A stretch of 51,599 nucleotides of DNA from Candidatus Doudnabacteria bacterium (GTDB lineage Bacteria > Patescibacteriota > Doudnabacteria > UBA920), in contig JAHFJH010000005.1 of assembly GCA_023245995.1 (NCBI GenBank), forward strand, positions 1 to 51,599, read 5' to 3'. Position numbers and translations under genes: made by a program. Positions 45,953 to 51,599 of this stretch are shown piece after piece (position 1 is the first letter of the stretch; each line of letters starts with the position of its first letter). A model generated the notes under the pieces. It saw only the letters and a program-made list of their open reading frames with translations, was not told the DNA's origin and did no database searches.

Positions 45953-46459
45953 TTATTTACTGGGGGCTAAGGTCATACCCATTGTGTTGCCCATGCGTTT
46001 AATGGGAACTTCTATTCTGCTTGGAACAGTAATTTTACTATGAAAGTTTTTTACTTGTTTTTCTGCAATGTCCAAAAAGGCTTGTTCTCTGCCTTTCATG
46101 CGAAGTTCTACTCGCACAAGGTCTCCATCTTCTAGAAAACCGTCGGCTTGTTTGGCCTTGGTGTCTAGGTCGTGTTCTGAAATGCGAACACTTAAGCGTA
46201 TGGTTTTGACTTCAACTTTCTTGGCTTTTTTCTTCTGTAGTTGTTCAGCTTTCTTTTGCTGATACCGGAACTTGGCGTAGTCTATAAGCTTTGCTACTGG
46301 AGGATTGGCGTTAGGAGATACTTCTACTAAGTCCAAACCATGTTCCGTGGCAAGTTTTAAAGCCTCAGAAAGACTATAGACGCCAACTTGTTCGCCGTCT
46401 TCGTTGACCAAACGCACTTCTCGCGCTTGGATTTGATGGTTAATTCTGGTTTTTTGCAT
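45953..46459 (-). CDS. infC: translation initiation factor IF-3
   Basis: RINHQI.AREVRLV, LDLVEVSPNA.PPVAKLIDY.KFRY and HDLDTK. Confidence 0.98.
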   Translation of the reverse strand: MQKTRINHQIQAREVRLVNEDGEQVGVYSLSEALKLATEHGLDLVEVSPNANPPVAKLIDYAKFRYQQKKAEQLQKKKAKKVEVKTIRLSVRISEHDLDTKAKQADGFLEDGDLVRVELRMKGREQAFLDIAEKQVKNFHSKITVPSRIEVPIKRMGNTMGMTLAPSK

Positions 46460-46690
46460 CTATTAGATTATTTTTCTTCCATAATTATAAGGTTTTGCGC
46501 ATTTTTTGTCAAAAAGAATTTATTATTGTGACTAGTATTGACTTATAGGCCATATTCGTGGTTTAATATGCATAAGTTAAGTCAAAGACAAGGCTTCACT
46601 TTTTGCTCAAAAGTTTGGGCAAAATTCTGGCTAAAGCACTGCCGACAGCAGTGCCTAGCCAAACAAACATGTAGTTTCGTGGAGGAACTT

Positions 46691-47836
46691 ATGAAACTTT
46701 TGATACCGAACACGCAAAATGCGGACGCGGTTTTACAGCTACGTTGGTGTCTAACCTCAAAGGACAGGCGAGACATAGTTGGGAACAAAGTAGAGGAACC
46801 GCACATCTTAATTGTGGTGGCGAGGAAACAGAAGGATAGGCGTTATGTTAAGCCTGAGAAAGGTAAGGCGGAAAAGGTGGTCTACAACTACACCGAAGTG
46901 AGTCGCCATCTAACGCCTTTAACCGACGCAGCGGTGTATCAGGTATTTGAGGCACCTGGGGAATACGTCATCTTTGCCTGCATTGTTGGCGACGCTGACA
47001 CAGAGGTGGAGTGGTTGCGAAAGCGCTACTTGGGCGCAGATCGCCAGCAGCTAGTGACTGAGACGGGTGATTTTACGCCGAAGTGGCCATTTAGTTCGCA
47101 GACTCAAGTTGAAGTAGTCGTTGGGCCGGAGTTTTTTGCACCGCCCCCGCCAGCATGGGAAAAAAGCTACTTTGAATTTTGGCCACTGTTCCAGAGACGG
47201 GCGGTGGACCAGTGTAGCTGGCGTCGTCGTCGCATGTTCGCTTACTCGTTCATGCCTGTCTTTCTCCTTGTGTGGTGGGCGGTGGCGGTCGCTGCCGGTT
47301 TGGTAGCCTACCTCGTTGGCTTCACGCAAGGCAGGTACAACATGAACTTCCAAGCGGTGTGGCGAATCTACACCTACGACTTCCGCGCCATTTGGCGGAA
47401 CACACACTTTACCAACGCTTGGTTCTTCGAAGACAGAGGCGGCAAGGAGCACCTGCACAGGTTGCTCATACACCCGTGGCTGCTTGGCGCGCTCATGATT
47501 ATTGCCCGAATCACTTTTGGGCGGTGGGCGACGTGGCGGGAGTTTTTGCTTCGCTTCGTGTTTTTATACGGGATTGTGCTGGTAATTGTCGGATTGTGTT
47601 TTGTTGGGTACTTAGTGCACTTGGTGTACAGGAAGTACTTTCCATTACCCGATGAAGCCAAGCTCAAGGCCGAGCAAGCGCGGCTGGCTCGAACCAAACT
47701 ACAGGCGCTGGAGGCGGAGCTTTCTGCCCTCTCTTGTGGGTTGGTGGACGAAAACACGCCGATTCCCATTTTCAAGTTCCGCCTTCGGTATCAACAGTTA
47801 AAAGCACAATATTGCAAGCCCTTCAGTAAGGGCTAG
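46691..47836 (+). CDS. hypothetical membrane protein
   Basis: GGAGG SD before ATG 46691; three TM segments and a coiled C-terminus; followed by a terminator. Confidence 0.75.
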   Translation: MKLLIPNTQNADAVLQLRWCLTSKDRRDIVGNKVEEPHILIVVARKQKDRRYVKPEKGKAEKVVYNYTEVSRHLTPLTDAAVYQVFEAPGEYVIFACIVGDADTEVEWLRKRYLGADRQQLVTETGDFTPKWPFSSQTQVEVVVGPEFFAPPPPAWEKSYFEFWPLFQRRAVDQCSWRRRRMFAYSFMPVFLLVWWAVAVAAGLVAYLVGFTQGRYNMNFQAVWRIYTYDFRAIWRNTHFTNAWFFEDRGGKEHLHRLLIHPWLLGALMIIARITFGRWATWREFLLRFVFLYGIVLVIVGLCFVGYLVHLVYRKYFPLPDEAKLKAEQARLARTKLQALEAELSALSCGLVDENTPIPIFKFRLRYQQLKAQYCKPFSKG

Positions 47837-47853
47837 CTACGAGTGCCATTTCC

Positions 47854-47888
47854 AAAGTGGTGGACGACGTCAGTTGTCTGCCACTTTT
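47854..47888 (+). terminator. intrinsic terminator
   Basis: AAAGTGGTGGACGAC-GTCA-GTTGTCTGCCACTTTT. Confidence 0.7.
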
Positions 47889-48135
47889 GCATTTATTGGT
47901 AAGTAATATTTTTTCGCATAGGTGGAGTGTTGATGCAAGTCTATTTTTCTGTTATAGTATGCAACGTTGCTCAAGTGGCACAAAATATTCTAAATGGAGG
48001 AAATATTAGGTTTAGGGTTCATGAATGCAGGTGCTTTGGTGTAAACATTGTACCGAAGTACCTGCATTCAGAGCCGAGCGAGCGCATGGCCTCACAAGTT
48101 TGCAGGAAGATACACAATTTGACTTAGGAGCGAAT

Positions 48136-49047
48136 ATGACATTCAGTTCGAAACGTCTGCTGTTAGTTTTTGCGTTGTTGGTTAGTGTTGCGATTGGCGC
48201 ATTCGCGCAAGAAACCGACGTACAGGCGCAGACAAACATGGTGGCTGTTAACGGGTCATTCCAGTACCGTGCGGGTAAAGGAATTTCTCCCGGCACAATT
48301 GTGGTGCTGTACTCCAAGTTTTTACGCAACAAGGCGGCAGTCGGCGCGACTTCCGTTCCGTTGCCAATAGAGCTTGGCGACACCGGCACAAGAGTTACGG
48401 TGGAAGATTTGCCCGTTGGCCTCTTCTATGTTGGCGACGCAAGTAATGGACAAGTCAACGTTTTTTTCCCACCTCGTACCGAGTGGGCGGGGAAGTCGGT
48501 AGAAGTGAAACTCTGGCAGAAGAACACTGCTGGCGCGCTTGAAGCGGTTGATAGCACGTTTGTGGCCGTAGAGAAGTTCACTCCGGGTGTTGTGACAGCA
48601 AACTCTGCCGGAAGCGGAGTCCCTACCGGACTGTTTTTGAACATTTTTCTTACCGGTGCGCAGGTGTACGCGGGCATGGCAGTTTACATGCCAAACGGCA
48701 CCGCAGTGCCAGCGATTTTTGACCTCTACGGCAACGGCAATATAAAACAATACGCCGTTGTCACGTTAACTGGTGGAATGTTCCTGCCGGAAAACGGACT
48801 GCAAGGTTTGAAGGTGAAAATTGCTGGACGGGCAAACTTGGCTAAACTCGTTTTTTTGGGTTCGTTCGGGTTTATTGGCGCCCAACAGGGCAACATAGAC
48901 CTTAACGGGCCTGCGATCATCAATGAAGGCTTGGCGCAAAAGCAGTTGCTGGACTGCACACTGGAGGACGAATTTGGCAACGTGTTAAGTCGGTTCCAAC
49001 TTCGGTTCAACACAGTGCCGGTGGCAGCGGCCGACCCTGGCCAATAA
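48136..49047 (+). CDS. secreted protein resembling the TIGR03437 (Solibacter C-terminal) domain
   Basis: AGGAG SD; signal peptide ending AFA; VNGSF...ISPGTIVVLY, PLPIELG, LFYV...QVN and PGVVTANSAGSG. Confidence 0.65.
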   Translation: MTFSSKRLLLVFALLVSVAIGAFAQETDVQAQTNMVAVNGSFQYRAGKGISPGTIVVLYSKFLRNKAAVGATSVPLPIELGDTGTRVTVEDLPVGLFYVGDASNGQVNVFFPPRTEWAGKSVEVKLWQKNTAGALEAVDSTFVAVEKFTPGVVTANSAGSGVPTGLFLNIFLTGAQVYAGMAVYMPNGTAVPAIFDLYGNGNIKQYAVVTLTGGMFLPENGLQGLKVKIAGRANLAKLVFLGSFGFIGAQQGNIDLNGPAIINEGLAQKQLLDCTLEDEFGNVLSRFQLRFNTVPVAAADPGQ

Positions 49048-49076
49048 CTAAAGCTTCGGCTGAAACCTAAAACAAC

Positions 49077-49120
49077 GGAGGCGACACTTTGCGAAAGTTT
49101 ACAAAGTGCCGCCTCCTTTT
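49077..49120 (+). terminator. intrinsic terminator
   Basis: GGAGGCG-A-CACTTTG/CAAAGTG-C-CGCCTCC-TTTT. Confidence 0.7.
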
Positions 49121-49224
49121 CCGTTCATATATATTTATTAGATTTTTTTTGGCTACACATAAGCGAGTTTGGTCAACTATATTGTATAATGCATATAGAA
49201 CTGTATAACTTTTATTTTTTTAGT

Positions 49225-50268
49225 ATGGCTTTAGTAGAAGGCGGAATGGAACATTTGCAACACGACGCACAGGCGGAAGTTTTGGAGTCGCCAAAACACG
49301 AACGCGCGCAGGTTCCCCATAGAGAGCGTCATGGTTTGTCGGGCGCGGGTGAACGGCGCAGGGGCGAGACGGTTCAACTTGTGCCGGGGGTTATAAGTGT
49401 AGAAACATTTGCACCGCCAACTACGCAAGAGTTGGACGAGGAGGACAAAACCACACAGCGAGCAAAGCTTGATTTGGCAAGCTTTCAAGAAGAAAAAAGG
49501 CGTGTAGATGCCAGCTTCCAAGCAGAATGGGGAGATGTAATAGGTAACAGGCTGTACATGGACGACGCTGGTAGAGCGGTGCCGCGTGAGCAGTTAACCG
49601 AAACAGAACAAGTAAGGCTTGGTTTGCTTCGTCCGGTATTTGAAAAAAAGTTACTCGGACTAAAAACTAAGTTTAAAGGCTATGAAGACGCTTTGGTTGT
49701 GTCCGAAGAAAGAAGGCAGGCGTTTGAAATGGCAGACAAAGAGTATAAGGCAATCGCACTAGCACTAAATAACAAAATAGCTACAAGCCTTGGAGAAATT
49801 AGGCGACAGGAGGAGAAAAGGGAGTTTCGGCGTACTCTTGTTCCGGAGTTTTACTCTGCAGACCGCCAAGCGAATAGGCAAGAGTTGGTAACAGAATTCC
49901 AAACTTATTTTGGCGGGCAGTTGCAATTTGCAAAAGACGAAGTGGTAGCAGTTAAGGGTGACGGTGGTTCATACTTAAGAGAAGACGGTAACGGGCTTGT
50001 GTACGGCTTTGGCATGACAGAAGCAGACAGGGCTTTGGTGCAATCTAGTTCTGCTAATGGTGTTGGTGGGGGGCCAGCTCGCCAAATACAAAACTTTCAG
50101 CTACCATGGACGCGCAGAAATGCAGACGGTAGTGAAACTCGTTTTTTGTATGTGCATAAAGGACGGCTCTCACAAACAAATTACGGCCCACAGAGTATGA
50201 CCACGCCAAAACTTAAAGCCCGCGTCACCCTAAAAAACGGAATCGTAATAACCAAAGAACTTCTGTAA
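49225..50268 (+). CDS. hypothetical protein
   Basis: ~347-aa charged, coiled-coil-rich ORF; start codon uncertain. Confidence 0.7.
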   Translation: MALVEGGMEHLQHDAQAEVLESPKHERAQVPHRERHGLSGAGERRRGETVQLVPGVISVETFAPPTTQELDEEDKTTQRAKLDLASFQEEKRRVDASFQAEWGDVIGNRLYMDDAGRAVPREQLTETEQVRLGLLRPVFEKKLLGLKTKFKGYEDALVVSEERRQAFEMADKEYKAIALALNNKIATSLGEIRRQEEKREFRRTLVPEFYSADRQANRQELVTEFQTYFGGQLQFAKDEVVAVKGDGGSYLREDGNGLVYGFGMTEADRALVQSSSANGVGGGPARQIQNFQLPWTRRNADGSETRFLYVHKGRLSQTNYGPQSMTTPKLKARVTLKNGIVITKELL

Positions 50269-50310
50269 GTATGTGAACACCAGAAAGTTATTGATATTCT
50301 AGTGTGTAAT

Positions 50311-50336
50311 AAAAAACACCCACATGGGTGTTTTTT
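50311..50336. terminator. bidirectional terminator
   Basis: AAAAAACACCCA-CA-TGGGTGTTTTTT, abutting the tRNA 3' fragment. Confidence 0.75.
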
Positions 50337-50354
50337 GGTGGAGCAGATCGGGAT
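50336..50354 (-). mobile_element. tRNA-Ala-like 3' fragment, probable att site of an integrated element
   Basis: Minus strand ATCCCGATCTGCTCCACCA corresponds to tRNA positions 58-76 with U70, A73 and CCA; no TTCG or remaining tRNA upstream. Confidence 0.65.
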
Positions 50355-50637
50355 GCGTGGCAAGCTTTAGAGCACCTTTTGTATTACTAAGGATAATCCT
50401 TGAAAGGAGTCTTTTTAAACAAAAACAAGCCGACTATATCAGCTTGTTTTTGGTGGACATCATCTCAAAAAACTTGGAACCAATCAGGGAGTATGTATTG
50501 CGCTGGTATCCAGTTCTTTCAGAAACCTAAGAAGATAGCACGCTGAGGGAGGGGTAAGGCAAGGGTTAGGTACCAGCTTTTCCAAAATTTCATAGATTAC
50601 TACAATGATAAATATAAGATAAACTATTTAGTAATAA

Positions 50638-51599
50638 TTAGGCTTCGCCATTAGTATTTTCTTCTGCGGCAATATCTCCGGTTTGATCTGGCTTAGATGA
50701 GGTTTCGTCCTTTGTTTCGCTTTCTTCATCCTCTTCATTGTCAGTGATATCCTTATTCGCTGGCGCAAAATCTAGCCTGCCTTTAAAATCAGGATAAAGT
50801 TCATCCACTGTTAGCAATATTTTATTAACTATTTCTACCATGTCATTGGTTGCGCTGCCCATCACCGGTAGATCAAAACTTGGAATCCTATGAAGTCTAT
50901 GCAGAGGGTTTAAACATTTTTGATATTGAGATTCTCTAACGGCCGCCCAGTTAGCATGCACGAACCCAGAGGTATAAGTAAAAAACTTATCGTATAAAGG
51001 TTTTTCCCCAACAATCTCCGCGATTTTACGAAGATCAAGGTTATCCCAATGCCCTAGGTTAATAGGTACAAATTCTACCCACTTATCTTCGTTTGCTATA
51101 GCTTCAATATCTTCCGGTTTTAATGAAGAAGTTTGAAAATTATTTTCTTCAAATTTTCTATAAACCAAGTTCGCTTGGCCATTCCCATACATGCGATATT
51201 CGTCCCAAATTGTTGGTTCCGTTTTTGACTTTTCTGCTAAATAAGCCAATGTCAAATAAGTCTCTAATAGAGTCCTTAGCATTGATCGGGCGTTGACGGA
51301 AACTCCTGACCGATAAAAATTATTTTCTATAAAATTACCCAGCCCATATAGTGCTAAGCCAAATACAGCCTCATGCTTTGCGTCGATAGCAGAAGTTACA
51401 CTGGTCGTTAAACAATGTGTGACTAAGTCATGCCGCAAATTTTTAGTCGTATCGAAGTAAAATGGTCGTGTATGCTTAAGCTCAGTTTCAAATTCTCTAT
51501 AACGTCCCTCTAATCCAGGAGGAATAGAGCTGCTGGGGATACACATAGTTTTATCAAAGCATTCTTTCCAAAAAAGGGGAGGGAAAGTCTCCGGCTTTC
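50638..51599 (-). CDS. DUF5677-like protein, 5'-truncated by window edge
   Basis: Frame stays open to the edge (KPETFPPLFWKECFDKTMCIP...); RTLLETY.TLAYL, DLRKIAE and YTSGFVHANW. Confidence 0.65.
   Translation of the reverse strand, partial: KPETFPPLFWKECFDKTMCIPSSSIPPGLEGRYREFETELKHTRPFYFDTTKNLRHDLVTHCLTTSVTSAIDAKHEAVFGLALYGLGNFIENNFYRSGVSVNARSMLRTLLETYLTLAYLAEKSKTEPTIWDEYRMYGNGQANLVYRKFEENNFQTSSLKPEDIEAIANEDKWVEFVPINLGHWDNLDLRKIAEIVGEKPLYDKFFTYTSGFVHANWAAVRESQYQKCLNPLHRLHRIPSFDLPVMGSATNDMVEIVNKILLTVDELYPDFKGRLDFAPANKDITDNEEDEESETKDETSSKPDQTGDIAAEENTNGEA

Noticed and set aside
47051-48750. Several 120-140-aa overlapping or antisense ORFs
   Set aside because: They are shadows of the GC-richer genes at 46691 and 48136, with no SD or motifs.
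50336-50420. Second intron-split tRNA
   Set aside because: The base preceding the fragment is not a terminal G, and no group I core or group II domain V is visible upstream on the minus strand.
1-51599. Alternative genetic code (TGA = Gly, as in Gracilibacteria/Absconditabacteria)
   Set aside because: Long conserved genes are uninterrupted under code 11, with no sign of in-frame TGA fragmentation.

Overview
This is a bacterial chromosomal window read with the standard code (TGA = stop). It is most likely Patescibacteria/CPR, inferred from mostly SD-less AT-rich leaders, DUF5652- and YQAVFLTNGQVYFG-type proteins and a type IV pilin cluster. Housekeeping content includes infC-rpmI-rplT, guaC, mscL, a DEAD-box helicase, an FKBP, glycerate kinase, two hydroxyacid dehydrogenases, two ECF sigma factors and GT-C/GT2 glycosyltransferases. 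The most notable signals are non-coding or fall below the ORF-track cutoff. (1) A consensus sigma70 promoter is followed by two tandem leader-peptide attenuators (FWHY and HYYLW codon clusters), each with a mutually exclusive antiterminator/terminator, upstream of an unannotated HIGN-motif, Zn-knuckle protein. (2) A tRNA-Asn(GUU) is split at position 35/36 by a 553-nt group I intron whose HNH endonuclease ORF overlaps the internal guide sequence. (3) A ~78-bp heptad-periodic hairpin is duplicated in both spacers of infC-rpmI-rplT, with related heptad arrays in the pilin operon. (4) A 30-bp palindrome sits in frame between codons 1 and 2 of a DHFR-family gene. (5) A 102-bp direct repeat brackets an alpha/beta hydrolase. 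(6) A tRNA-Ala-like 3' fragment marks a probable island attachment site near the right edge. All family assignments come from motif recognition by eye, not database searches.
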